Assembly: GCF_006345805.1 (NCBI RefSeq)
Contig: NC_043001.1
Coordinates: 109,802,001-109,866,000 of the forward strand
Length of the DNA stretch: 64,000 nucleotides
Origin: Octopus sinensis
Taxonomy: Eukaryota
Reading direction: 5' to 3'
Of this stretch, positions 1-12,350 are shown in pieces; position 1 is the first letter of the stretch, and every line of letters begins with the position of its first letter. Position numbers and translations under genes: made by a program. The notes beneath the pieces are model-generated. The model had not been told where the DNA came from. It ran no database searches and saw only the letters and a program-made list of their open reading frames with translations.

Positions 1-48
1 ATTGATTTCAGAACGACAATATGATATAGAATTTGATAAATGGACATA

Positions 49-103
<55 letters not shown>

Positions 104-164
104 ATATATATATATATAGATATATATATATATATATATATATATAGATATATATATAATATAT

Positions 165-223
<59 letters not shown>

Positions 224-252
224 TATATGTATATATATATATATATATATAA
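1..252. repeat. (TA)n microsatellite, imperfect
   Basis: Direct reading; TA run from about 50 to 252 with occasional GA/AA interruptions. Confidence 0.9.
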
Positions 253-254
253 TA

Positions 255-627
255 CTAGCAGTATCGCCCGGCGTTGCTCTGGTTTGTAAGGGAAATAACT
301 ATAAAACATTTTTAGAGGGTTATAGCCAAAAAATGGAAAAAAAATGATGGTAAATTTTTTTTAGTTAAAAAGGTCGAGTTGCGTCCCCTAGACAGTCTGT
401 GGTTTGTGTTTCTGATTCTCGACCCCATGTCGAATTTATCGATTTTTTTCAGAACTGGGGGAACTTTTCAAAATTTTCGCTGCGTTAGTTTTGAATTATG
501 ACATTGAGCTATGTGTGTGTCAAGTTTCATCAGAATCGGTTGAAAGCCGTGCTCAGGGTGAGGGTACAACCTGACAGACACACAGAAACACACACAGACA
601 AACTGCCGTTTATATATAGAGAGAAGA
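255..627 (-). mobile_element. Non-autonomous Helitron-like element
   Basis: On the minus strand it starts TC (627-626) after an A and ends CTAG (258-255) before a T. A GC-rich subterminal hairpin (CCAGAGCAACGCCGGG) lies about 11 nt before CTAG, and there is an internal GACA/CACA repeat. This matches Helitron terminal rules. Confidence 0.7.
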
Positions 628-637
628 TATATATATA

Positions 638-708
<71 letters not shown>

Positions 709-849
709 AAGTGTGTGTGTGTGTATGAGAGGTATTAGTGTCAAGAAGATTCAAAGGGGACAGTTAATGTTGTGTAAGCGCTATGGACAGACTAAAGTTA
801 AGCTCCAGGTTCAGTAATGATACGAGTGCGGAGTCCAACGTATGTCGTG

Positions 850-1000
850 TATTAGCAATCATATATATATAAATTAATAGAATGAGATAAAAATATCCCA
901 GGCTGTGAATAGTTTTCAGAACGTTTATAAAGAAAAGGTCTTACAGCTGTTTCCGGCATATTTTATATATCTTTCATCAGAGACGGTGCGAAAAATGTTT
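850..1000 (-). mobile_element. Penelope-like terminal-repeat remnant with decayed hammerhead ribozyme (938-984)
   Basis: Minus strand reads GTCT-CTGATGA-...-GAAAC-AGCT-GTA-AGAC. Core, stem I and palindromic stem III (ACAGCUGU) are intact; stem II base pairs are broken. Confidence 0.55.
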
Positions 1001-1365
1001 AAGTAATAGTTAATATACAGAAGATATAAAATGCAGAGTGAAATGGAGGAATGAAAACAGACGTGAGATACGTAAGGATATTGAATTTGCAGTACCATTA
1101 TTTAAGAAGAATGGCCTATATATGTTTCCTGTATCATGTGTGTGAGTTCCAATGGTGTTTATAATTGGTCATTCCAAGCATGGAGTCTTGTAAACGGTGT
1201 TATTTGATCGATGGATTTTTGGAAGTGGCTTAAAAGTTGGGAATGTATTTGTAAGGTCAAATCAAAAACAGAACAAGAGAGAAAAAACAGGAAGAGAAAA
1301 AAATGTATAGGTATACGTGTGTGTGTGCACGTATGTATTATATATGTATATATATATAAATATAA

Positions 1366-1597
1366 TTTCAACAATTGAGGGTAAAATTAATTAATTAATC
1401 AATTTCACCAAGTATTCAGTATGCAAAGGGACCATTTAAGGCGAATTCAAATTATTACATTATATAAAAGGGCTTAGTAAAATAAATTACTTTGCCGCAT
1501 ACTGAACTCATTAGAAATAGCAGCTATTTTAGCTGCTATTTCTAATGAGTTCAGTATGCGGCAAAGTAATTTATTTTACTAAGCCCTTTTATATAAT
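1366..1597. repeat. Dispersed repeat (also at 34137-35085) ending in a perfect 68-bp hairpin
   Basis: 1459-1526 is the exact reverse complement of 1530-1597, with a TTT loop. The same family recurs at 34137. Confidence 0.85.
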
Positions 1598-1899
1598 ATA
1601 TATAAATATATATATGTGTGTGTTTGTATATTTATATGCATATATGTATGTGTGTGTAGGTGTGTAGGTGTGTATTTATATATATATATATATATATGGG
1701 TCAGTGAATACACTCTTTACTACATCTATTTCTACACTGATCTCCCAAACTAATTTTAATATCTTAAACCTTACAAAAGCAGTTCCTCAATAATCATGGT
1801 TGCCTTTATTGTTTGAAAATAATTCATCCAAATAACAGGTGTCTGGAACATTGCATTCACTGTTGTAACTTTTTCCGGGCAATTATACCTACAGTGAAA

Positions 1900-2760
1900 T
1901 TTTTCCGTCCATCTTTTAATGCTTCTCATCTTAACTGCTTCTCAACTGCAGTCTGCATAATTTGTATCTTTAAACTGGCAGTTTTTTCAGCAGTATTGCC
2001 ACTGAAAAAATTCCTCTGAATGTCCTGTCCGCTTTTTAAAATGCTTCACAGCATCGACTAGATAAATCTCCCCGAGATCTCACAGCATTCCACTGCATCA
2101 GACTCAACATCTCTCTCGCATACAGACGCCAACTGCTTCAAATCGACAAAAACATCTAACTCTGAGAATATCCTTCCATTACTCTCAAACAATGCGCCAT
2201 ATAGATTATCATTTTTTTCTTATCGAACGCTACAACCTCCTCTTATCGATATATCCTCATATTTCAAGCCCCACTACATCGTATCACATCTCCAGCGAAG
2301 AGAAGCAGAACGAAAGTTGCGAAACAGAAGGTGATGAATGTTATAAACCAAATCCATGACTTTCTTTAGATGAAGTTTAAGATGTACTGAGCATATCACA
2401 GCTAGACATCCCTATGATACAATCCAACATATTTATGCAGCCTCTTCTCATTGCATTTCATTTCACATTCAGGTACGTTCGATGCATGCATCAGTCTTCT
2501 GGCCCATATGACGGTTATTTTCGTTGGCAGATATCAACAGGGATCAACGAAAATTTGTTCGCTAAAATTATATACAAAATCATCTTGTTTAATGATTGTC
2601 TCCATATCAACATACAGGAAAACCTGTATGCTATTAGTACCACCTTCTTGAAATCCTACTTTTTTCAACATTTGTTCAAGGGTATTGCTGAAGGATACTG
2701 CTTCGTCAGCTTTTCTGTCTAATATATACAACAGGTTTGGATAAGAGATTTCCAAAGATG
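1900..2760 (-). pseudogene. Highly decayed RTE-like LINE reverse transcriptase remnant
   Basis: Broken frames give VGFQEGGTNSIQVF...IFVD (cf. GFRKGRST...FVDF) and LLFAGDV (cf. LLFADD); many stops. Confidence 0.35.
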
Positions 2761-3674
2761 TCCAACTGATTGCCTTTCACCACAAATATATCTTATTGGT
2801 TACCTCATATAATTATTTCCAGAATGGTTTGAAAGTTTAATGTATATTCTCAATATATGTTACAATCGGACTTCTAAGATAACGTGACTCGAACATGTAA
2901 ATATTTTTAATACTTAAGCTATATTAATGTCTTTGTTTTTGATGGGATGGAAATTAATTCTAAAAGAATGAACATTTAGGAAGAATCGAAATCTGAAATA
3001 CAGCTAAGATTCGTATCAAACTGCAGAGAAGAGTTTTTCTCCAAATTATTTCGCTCGGTTACGTTTGGGAGCAGGACAAACAAGTTACTCTTTAGATTTG
3101 CGCAGATCAATATTGATTTTCAGGTAACATTTATTGCTATTACAATATCAAAAGTAATAGAAAAAAGTCTATGGACTAAAGTTTCAGATATCCTGTGACT
3201 TTTGTTCCTTACAACAGCATGTAACCAGCTTTCTTTGCTTAAAACTTCGTTGCTTTTATTCCACCTTTCAGCTAAAAAGGTATAAGAAGTTATGTTTTTC
3301 CAAAATAGTCCACACGTATCTATGTAAAAACTGGATTTGTTGGATAATTACGTATTTACGTCCACCTGCTGTTTTCGTGTTATCCGAATGCTGTTTGTAT
3401 GAAAAACAGCACACGTACAGTGATGTGAATATATTTATTTCTCATTTAATACAGAGTATTTGTTATCTGTACTCCAGCGGATATGTTTTGAAATATTTAA
3501 AGAAACTATTGAATAAATAATTAATTTCAAAGTTAAGTTGTTTCTATTCGATAAATATTTTTGCAAAATTTCGACAATGGATTATATGAGATACTTTCAA
3601 GTATGTCGTTAGCTATTTCATTTTATTTGTGAGAGATAATATATCATCGGTGAATATAACAATATTCTCGGTGG

Positions 3675-3677
<3 letters not shown>

Positions 3678-3767
<90 letters not shown>
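3678..3767. repeat. (CA)n microsatellite
   Basis: Direct reading. Confidence 0.95.
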
Positions 3768-3770
<3 letters not shown>

Positions 3771-4270
3771 GGTATATGTATAGAAGAGGGAAATCGAGTG
3801 AGAGAGAGAGAGAGGGTGGTGAGAGAGAAAGTGAAAGTGAAAAGTTGATAGAGAAGTGTTTGACAGGTATTCAAGGAAGTTGTATTTTGAAATCTGTAGG
3901 AGTTGTAGAAGAAATTTTAAATGAAGAATCACGAAGTTTTTCAATATTCTGCTCATGTCATATACAACAAATATTTCTGAGGTGATCCGACACTGAAGTT
4001 GCTGCTGATGCAGACCACAGATAAAACGGATGCTTATATTCAGAAGTCTGAATATGAGAATAACAGCAAAGAAGACAATATTTTAAAATATATTCAATGA
4101 GGTTGTCAATAATTTCTGGTGCCTCTACAAAGCAGAGAATTACAGTTTTATATTGAGAACTGAATGAAAGTTATATTGAAGTATCGAATGCATAATAATT
4201 CACTTTCTGCACATTCATTTCAAATTCTTTCAATCGAAACATTGTACTCTTTCAAAGAATCCATCAACAC

Positions 4271-4486
4271 TTACATATGATGGAGGAGCGATATTAGCGA
4301 ACGTACAAATAAGCAATTTTGTCTTACAGCTTTTGAAACCTGGTTCAGAAATATAACGTTGACCACAAGAGACAATAAAAGTCCAGTGTTAACATTTTGA
4401 TCCATTATAGCATCATACTTCTCCCAAATTCGTTGCATTATTCCTGAAAGTCTAGTTATTTTACCCTTCTGTTCGGCCTTCGCCAT
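4271..4486 (-). pseudogene. Possible piggyBac-like transposase fragment
   Basis: KITRLSGIMQRIWEKYDAIMDQNVNTGLLL weakly recalls the piggyBac KIRP...QNVTVDE region; motif is not intact. Confidence 0.2.
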
Positions 4487-4781
4487 GATAGATCGCTAGA
4501 CACTACACATTCTGTGTTCTTTTCTGTGGAAGAGTGTAGGCTCAAATCGTTAAAGACTTCTTCACTTCCCGAGCATTATACTAATACATCTGTTTGTTGT
4601 CTACACCACCTGTCTTCGTCTTTTTTTTTTGTGAATTCTCCCCCTAGTTATATTATAAATTTTTTAAAAATATTTATATTATGCAATGAAAATTAGAATA
4701 AAGTATGTTGCAACAAATACTGACTTCATATTTATAGAGCAACACTTTTTTAGTTTAAAATAGAAATATTATTATTTCTAA

Positions 4782-4945
4782 GGCGCAGGAGTAGCTGCGT
4801 GGAAAGGAGCTTGCTTACCAACCACATGGTTCTGGGTTCAGTACCACTGTGTGGAACCTTGGGCAAGTGTCTTCTAATATAGCCTTGGACCGACCAAAGA
4901 CCTTTAGATTTGGTGGACGGAAACTGAAAGAAGCCCGTCCGTGTA

Positions 4946-5011
<66 letters not shown>

Positions 5012-5240
5012 TGTATGTATGTATGTATTTGAGTGTGTGTGTGTGTGTTTGTTCCCCCACCATCGCTTGACAACTGATGTTGGTGTGTTCACGTCCCCGT
5101 AACTTAGCAGTTTGGCAAATGAGATCGATAGAATAAGTACTAGACTTACAAAACAATAAGTCCTGGGGGCGATTTGTTCGACTAAAGGCAGTACTCCAGC
5201 ATGGCCAAGTGAAATGACTGAAAAAAAGTAAAAGAGTAAA
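4782..5240 (+). mobile_element. SINE type A (tRNA-like head, GGCACCTTGGGCAAG core, internal (TA)n(TG)n, AAGTAAAAGAG tail)
   Basis: A-box/B-box-like head (GGTTCAGTACC), fixed internal microsatellite, high similarity to more than 8 other copies in the window. Confidence 0.85.
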
Positions 5241-5893
5241 CCTCTCAATGAGAGATATTCAGTTACAGTTCAGTAAAGTAAATGCTATTTGCCAACACAA
5301 TGTGGCTGTCCTGAAAGGGAGATTGCTGCTGTTGTTGAACCCCAGAAAATATCGTTTCCAGTTGGTTATACGAACACAAACATCTGTGTCCTTATTTTAT
5401 TGAACAGGGTGTCCAACACTCACATCCAGCACTGTTACCGTATATTTCTCTTTGAGAGATTTAGAAATAATAATATTTCTATTTTATTAGATCAGTGACT
5501 GAGTGTCACTTTGAAAACTATATATTTGCGAACGGTGAGTTTAGCAACGCCACCTAGCCAAGCAGCTACTCTGTGTTGATAAAGGGGAACAACCCAGAAA
5601 CCGGTCCACAGCTGTTGTTCTATGCTGGATAGGAGAGCTGGACTCACTATTCGAAAATATAAGGACACAGATATTGTGTAATATAGCCAGCTGGAAACGA
5701 TGTTTCCTGGGGCTAAACAACTGTAAAGATTGTCCCTTCCAGGACAGCTACACTATGTTGGGAAATAGCCATTACTTTCTTAGTTTGTAAAACTTCAATT
5801 AATTTTCGTATTCAGTTACAAAATTACGAGAAATCACAAGAAAAGAAATAATAAATCTCTGAACGAGATGTAAACAGTAACCGCCCGACAACG

Positions 5894-6285
5894 TAGAGTA
5901 TACTAGCCATCTCAATATGGCTAACCGCTAAGGGTGGGTGTTACTGTAGCTTCTAGCCCCAGGAAATCATCGTCTCCAGCTGGCTTTAGGCACACTTTCA
6001 GTGACGGAAGTTACTGGGAAAAACATTTAATAGATATTTGCAAACAGGTCTCCCTTCATCGAAAACCGGTGATTGCCGTACGTTGACAAGAGGCAAATAC
6101 CTCGAAACTGCAGTCCGTGCGTATCACTTAGGTTTACGAGAGAGGGATGACCTCCCTTTGCAAATACCATAAGGGCACAGAAAGTGTGCCCAAAGCCAGC
6201 TGGAGACGATGATCTCCTGGGGCTAAAAGCTTCAGTAACACCCACCCTTAGTGGTTAGCCATATTGAGATGGCTAGTATACTCTA
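5894..6285. mobile_element. MITE with ~108-bp terminal inverted repeats and TA flanks
   Basis: 5896-6003 is the reverse complement of about 6176-6283 with few mismatches; TA on both sides; non-coding interior. Confidence 0.75.
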
Positions 6286-6537
6286 CAAGAAAAGAAGTAT
6301 TTCTAAAAAATATTTATAATGTGAAAATTTTACTTAAAATGCTATCGAATTTGCATGCGTGCGTAATAGTCGTCTTTCGCTAAACCATTTTGCCTAACCT
6401 GGCCTATCCAAATTTTCCAGATATATATAACTATCATCTATTATAAGACACAAAAATGTCATTGGTATGTACATATACTTTTCGTTATTTCGTATCCTGC
6501 TTTCTGTGTCACGTTATCTCTTTTGCCAGACGCTCAT

Positions 6538-6745
6538 TTTTAAAGTGTGCCACAAGGCCAGCGATTTCGGGGAATGGTTAAAGTAAATATGATCGACTCC
6601 AGTGCTCAACTGGTATCAATTTTATCGATTCCGAAAGGTTGAATGTTAACGTCGAGGTCAGCCGAGTTTTGAACACAGAAAGTAAAAACGGACGAAATGT
6701 CGCTAGGGAATTTATCTGGCGGGATTGCATTACCGACAAGCTTAC
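6538..6745 (-). mobile_element. SINE type B, diverged (tail C)
   Basis: Matches the GTCGACTTTGCCTTTCATCC...GTACCAG body on the minus strand. Confidence 0.7.
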
Positions 6746-7226
6746 CGCCTTCAAACACACATATATACCATGTTCATGTATTAACCTACCTACCTACCAT
6801 TCCACGTTTCTAGCTCCCTCTGTTTATGTATCCCCCCTCTCTCTGTATATATATATATATAAAAGGAAGTGAAGAACATGCTGACAAAATAATTTAAGTA
6901 ATTTAAGTAATTTAATTAGGTGAAAGTTCTTTTTACCAGTTGCGCTTTTGTTATGCTTATCAAAAGTTTTTTCCTCTTATATATATATATATACATACAT
7001 ATATAATATCTATATATGATACATATATGATATATAATAATGTATTATATGTATATATTATATATATATGTATTATACAGAGTGTCCACAAAGTCTAGGT
7101 CCATGGGGATTAACACATACTTTAAGAAATTATTATTTCTTATATTTAATTCTTTATGTTAAAACTTTATTTAATCCATGTACCCACATGGGGATTGTAT
7201 ATGTATATATATATATATATTATATA

Positions 7227-7277
<51 letters not shown>

Positions 7278-7334
7278 CATATGTACATATGTTTATACAT
7301 TTATGTGTAATATTTGTACATACAAATACGTGTG

Positions 7335-7520
7335 TATTGGTTTCAAATTTTGGGGGAAGGAGTAAGGCCATTTCATCGACCCCAGTGCTCAACTGGTACT
7401 TATTTGCTGGACCCCGATAAGGACGAAAGGTAAAGTTGACCTCGGTGGAATTTGAAATCAGAACGTAACGACGAACCAAATACTGTTAAGCGTTTTAACG
7501 ATTCTGCCAGCTTGCAGTTT
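7335..7520 (-). mobile_element. SINE type B (tail C: CCCCAAAATTTGAAACCAAT)
   Basis: Body GAGGTCAACTTTACCTTTCGTCC on the minus strand. Confidence 0.75.
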
Positions 7521-7975
7521 TACAAAAACCTATATATTAATATGATGTCCTTGATAGTATATATTTCTTCGACCTCACTTCCTGCTTTTATGATGTAACG
7601 CAAACTGTGCAATAGCAAGTTAATCGTATGTTATCGATATTTCTTCATTTCATTGTTTTTGCAGAGATTAAATTCTATATTTGTTTGAAAATCGATTATC
7701 GAGTATTTTTCTACCTAATTGTTTATTTTCATAGCTAGAAATAGTTCGGTATTTCAGGATGGAATAATTCGTTTTAAAGATTGATTCCTTCAGTACCAGG
7801 TTTTAAGACTTAATAGCATATTTATATATTTAACATATATACACACGCATACGTGCGTATATATTGGGAAATATACACCCGTGTGTGTGTGTGTGTGTGT
7901 GTGTGTATTCAGCATCTATATTTACGTGAATATGTACGTGTATATGTACGTGAATGTATGTCTGTATTTAAATAA

Positions 7976-8012
<37 letters not shown>

Positions 8013-8366
8013 TATGTATATAAACATATACATATTTATTCATGCATACATACAAACATATATACAAACACACACATCTATGTATGTATATATAAATAAA
8101 CATATATGTGTGGTACGTGTGCATCAGAATGTGTTAGCCTGGATATTTGCGTGTTGCTGTCAGTTTCACTCTGTGGATTTTCTCATCACTCCATCCAGCA
8201 ATGCAATACATGTATTTTCTGGAATAATCTAAACAAGGAAAAGAAATGCGGTAAGATTTATAATGAAGATTTTTGTAGTTGAAATTATAATATGAACAAG
8301 TAATCCATTTTCAATTTGTATTCAGTGGAATCATTACGAAAATATTTACCTGTAATATGATTAAAC

Positions 8367-8660
8367 GTGGAGGCACATGGCCTAGTGGTTAGAGCAGCGG
8401 ACTCGCGGTCGAGGAATCGCGGGTTCGAATCTCAGATCTGGCGATGTGTGTGTTTATGAGCGAAACACCTAAGCTCTACGCAACTCAGGCAGGAGGTAAT
8501 GGCGAACTTCTGCTGACTCTTTCGCCGCAGCTTTCTCTCACTCTTTCCTTCTGCATCTTGCAGCTCACCTGCGACGGACCGGCATCCTGTGCAGGTGGTA
8601 ACCTATGCACTAAGGAAATCAGAAAACCGGAGCTTATGAGCCAGGCATGGCTCGTGAAGG
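8367..8660 (+). mobile_element. SINE type C (core X, diverged tail T2)
   Basis: tRNA-like head GTGGAGGCACATGGCCTAGTGGTTAGAGCAGCGG...GGTTCGAATCTC, then TGTGTTTATGAGCGAAACACC. Confidence 0.8.
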
Positions 8661-8749
8661 AACAAACAATATGATTAAACAATATCAGTGTTTTCAGAAA
8701 ATGCATTTATTAAAGCAGACATTAATTTTCTCTTGCAAATATTTATGCA

Positions 8750-8950
8750 TATTTTTAGATTATGGCACCTCTTTGAGTCCTCGTCAACCTTATCTTCCAA
8801 ATTATATTTCAGCCGAGAAGAATGTGAAGGACGAGCCGATGAAGTATCCCAAGCATAAATTTTACGACCAACTACCGACTCCGAAATCATATCGATTGCC
8901 TTTGATGAAATAAGTTCTAGCAAGGAATTAGCAATGAATTGGTGAGCCTC
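8750..8950 (+). pseudogene. Possible mariner transposase C-terminal remnant
   Basis: Frameshifted DY/HLFES...EKNVKDEPMKY...FYDQ resembles mariner DYHLFRSL...VKTAVDEFF...FY. Confidence 0.3.
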
Positions 8951-9074
8951 AGAATCGTGAAGTTAAGACTTTTTTCTTATTATAAGGGAGGTACTATGAT
9001 CGTCTCCGAACTTTCTCACATTCTGTCTGTTTTACTTTGAAGGGAGTTATGTTTTGTTATATTATTTTCAGATT

Positions 9075-9385
9075 GTGGAGGCGCAATGGCCTAGTAGTTA
9101 GGGCAGCGGACTTGCAGTCGGAGGGTCGCCGTTTCGATTCCCAGTCCTAGCGTTGTGTGTGTTTATTGAGCGACAACACCTAAAATTTCCACGTGGCTCC
9201 GGCAGGGGTTGGTGGCGACCCCTGTTGTACTCTTTTACCTTAACTGTCTCTCACTCTCTCTTCCTGTTTCTTGACTAACGCTGCGATGGACTGGCGTCCC
9301 GTCCAGGTTGAGGGAACACATACGCCACAGAAACCGAGAAACTGGGCCCATGAGCCTAGGCTTGGAAAGAGCGACAAAGACAAAG
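9075..9385 (+). mobile_element. SINE type C (core X + tail T2)
   Basis: Head as at 8367; tail CGCTGCGATGGACTGGCGTCCCGTCCAG. Confidence 0.85.
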
Positions 9386-9862
9386 AGTTTCAGATTAGAA
9401 CTTATCCGCAGGTTTTTTTTCTCAGAATAACAATCCCCAAACAACTCTTCACTAACCTTTAAATTTTTCAGGTGAATGAAAAATCTATAAGTAATCTCGC
9501 TATTTGCCTCAATTCAGTCAAAACTGAATTTGAACAGAAAATGTTACCATTGTTTCGAGTCAGCTATGCACTGAATAATTTATCTGAACAAGTACATCAA
9601 CAATTAAAATTCACGTTTAGCAGGAAATTTGATCGGTGTTTCAAGGCATCCAAAGACTTGTTTCAGTCTTACTAGAAGGCACGAGCATTGCATAATCCAC
9701 CGAAAAATTATTTTATTAAATGCCACATATAAAAATAGTTCTTATTTGGTTTACTTGTGTAATATACTTAATCAAAATATAATCATCAACACCTTATCAT
9801 TGCTCATATATTTACCAGTACCTGTAGAAAACAACAATATTATTGTGGTAAAGATAGACAAA

Positions 9863-10027
9863 GGTCGCAGGAGTGGCTGTGTGGTTAGTAGCTTGCTTAC
9901 CAACCACATGGTTCTGGGTTCAGTCTCACTGCGTGACACCTTGATGCAAGTGTCTTCTACTATAGCCTCCGGCCGACCAAAGCCTTGTGAGTGGATTTGG
10001 TAGACGGAAACTGAAAGAAGACCGTCG

Positions 10028-10103
<76 letters not shown>

Positions 10104-10302
10104 AGTGTGTGATTGTGTGTCTGTGTTTGTCCACCCAACATCACTTGACAACCGATGCTGGTATGTTTATGTCCCCGTAACTTAGCGGTTCGGCAAAAGA
10201 GACCGAAAGAATAAGTACTAGGCTTACAAAGAATAAGTCCTGGGGTCGATTTGCTCGACTAAAGGCCGTGCTCCAGCATGGCCGCAATCAAATGACTGGA
10301 AC
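9863..10302 (+). mobile_element. SINE type A
   Basis: Full head, internal (TA)n(TG)n, tail. Confidence 0.85.
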
Positions 10303-10736
10303 GGTTTTGCAGTTGAAATATGATTTACTTTGGTGATATCAACAACAGTCATATTCTAATATTCTAATATCATAATATCATATTCTAATATTCACCAACA
10401 GTCATATTCTAATATTCTGTGATTGCCTGGTTTGTTTTATCCCACAAGGCTACATCCATAATAGTGCCCCGCCTTCAATTTAATTATCACATTATCTCTC
10501 TGATAAACCAGCAAATAAAAGTTTTCTATATCAAAATATTACTTCTTCAGGTAACTAATATGCTTCTCATGAAGTTAGGAAAGATTTAATTTGTGATTCT
10601 CCCCACGTCACTGCATCATAATTATCTTTATCTCGAAGTTATTCCTGATCAGAATATTCATTTAAGAAATAAGCATTTCACTGAGTTTATAAAGTTACGA
10701 AACCAATGTGGCAGTTATTCCGTACTTTTTTAGTAC

Positions 10737-11341
10737 CATACCTATTTCTTTACTACCCACAAGGAGCTAAACACAGAGAGGTCAAACAAGGACAGACAAA
10801 TGGATTGAGTCGATCATATCGACCCCAGTGCGCAACTGGTACTTGTTTAATCGACCCTGAAAGGATAAAAGGCAAAGTCGACCTCGGCGGTATTTGAACT
10901 CAGAATGTAACGGTAGACGAAATACCTATTTCTTTATGACCCACAAGGGGCTAAACACAGAGGGGACAAACAAGGACAGACATACGGATTAAGTCGATTA
11001 CATCGACCCAAATGCATAACTGGTACTTATTTAATCGACCCCGAAAGGATGAAAGGCCAAGTCGACCTCGGCGGAATTTGAACTCAGAATGTAACGGTAG
11101 ACGAAATACCTATTTCTTTATTACCCACAAGGGGCTAAACATAGAGTGGACAAACAAGGACAGACCAACGGATTAAGTCGATTACATCGACCCCAATGCA
11201 TAACTGGTACTTATTTAATCGACCCCGAAAAGATGAAAGGCAAAGTCGACCTCGGCGGAATTTGAACTCAGAACGTAACGGCGGACGAAATACCACAAAG
11301 CATTTCTCCCGGCGTGATAACGTTTCTGCCAGCTCGCCGCC
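10737..11341 (-). mobile_element. SINE type B trimer (one head + three body/tail-A units of ~184 bp)
   Basis: Unit junction GAAATACCTATTTC at about 10921 and about 11105; single head at 11290-11341. Confidence 0.9.
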
Positions 11342-11915
11342 TCTTTTTAGTACCATACCAATTTTAAAAAATAATATGCCAGGCCAGGTAAAACAGACAT
11401 GTATTAACAATTCTTCTGAGCACATGGACTTCGAAACGCAAAGTAACTGAGGCATTCATTAGTAAATTCAATCTTCAAAGCAGTGAATATTTTCTGACAT
11501 TTAGTGAAAATTGGAATTAAAAACACAATTTTTCACCTTCATTACCAATAATGTCCACTGTTATATTTTCTACTCCAACCAGGATCTTAAACTGAGGAAA
11601 AATAGAAATAACACAAAAATTTACATCGATGATATTGCTATTCCAAAGACATAATACTCCGTGAAATATTTAACGCAAAATATTTAAAATTCAACTTAAC
11701 TTTTTTCCTACAACTGTCACTTTTCATTATAACATTTCTCGTACATCGTAATGCGTGTCAGAAATATGACTAACACATCTTTGATAAAATTTGCTGGGTT
11801 AGTGACCTATTTTCCGAAAAACTCTTTAAATCTTGTCTCTCTTTAAGTTTAACAAAGTTTATGACCGGTAGGTACTTACTGAGCGTTTTACATTATGTAA
11901 TTATGTATATGCAGA

Positions 11916-12077
11916 TGCACAGGAGTGATTGTGCGTCAAGAAGCTTGCTTCCAAGCCACATGGTTCCGGTTTCAGTCCCACTGCGTGGCACCTTGGGTAA
12001 GTGTTTTCTGCTATAGTCTAGGGCTAACCAAAGCCTTGTGAGTGGATCTGGTACACAGAAACTGAAAGAAGCCCATC

Positions 12078-12135
<58 letters not shown>

Positions 12136-12350
12136 ATATATATATTTGAGTCTGTGTTTGTTAGCCCACCACCATCGTTTGACAATCAATGTTGGTTTGT
12201 TATGTCGCTGTAACTTAGCGGTTCGGCAAAAGAGAGCGATAGAATAAGTACTCGTCTTACAAGAATAAGTTCTGGGGTCGATTTGTTCGACTAAAGGCGG
12301 TGCTCCATCATGGCCGCAGTCAAATGACTGAAACAAGTAAAAGAATGAAA
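11916..12350 (+). mobile_element. SINE type A
   Basis: Same architecture, internal (TA)n. Confidence 0.85.

Noticed and set aside
8367-8440. tRNA gene
   Set aside because: A/B-box-like heads run into SINE cores and lack a full cloverleaf; treated as SINE heads here and at all other copies.
10340-10420. Short CATATTCTAATATT tandem repeats
   Set aside because: Local slippage duplication in AT-rich DNA; no evidence of function.
10737-11341. CRISPR-like or satellite array
   Set aside because: Units are ~184-bp SINE bodies without unique spacers; eukaryotic context, no cas genes.
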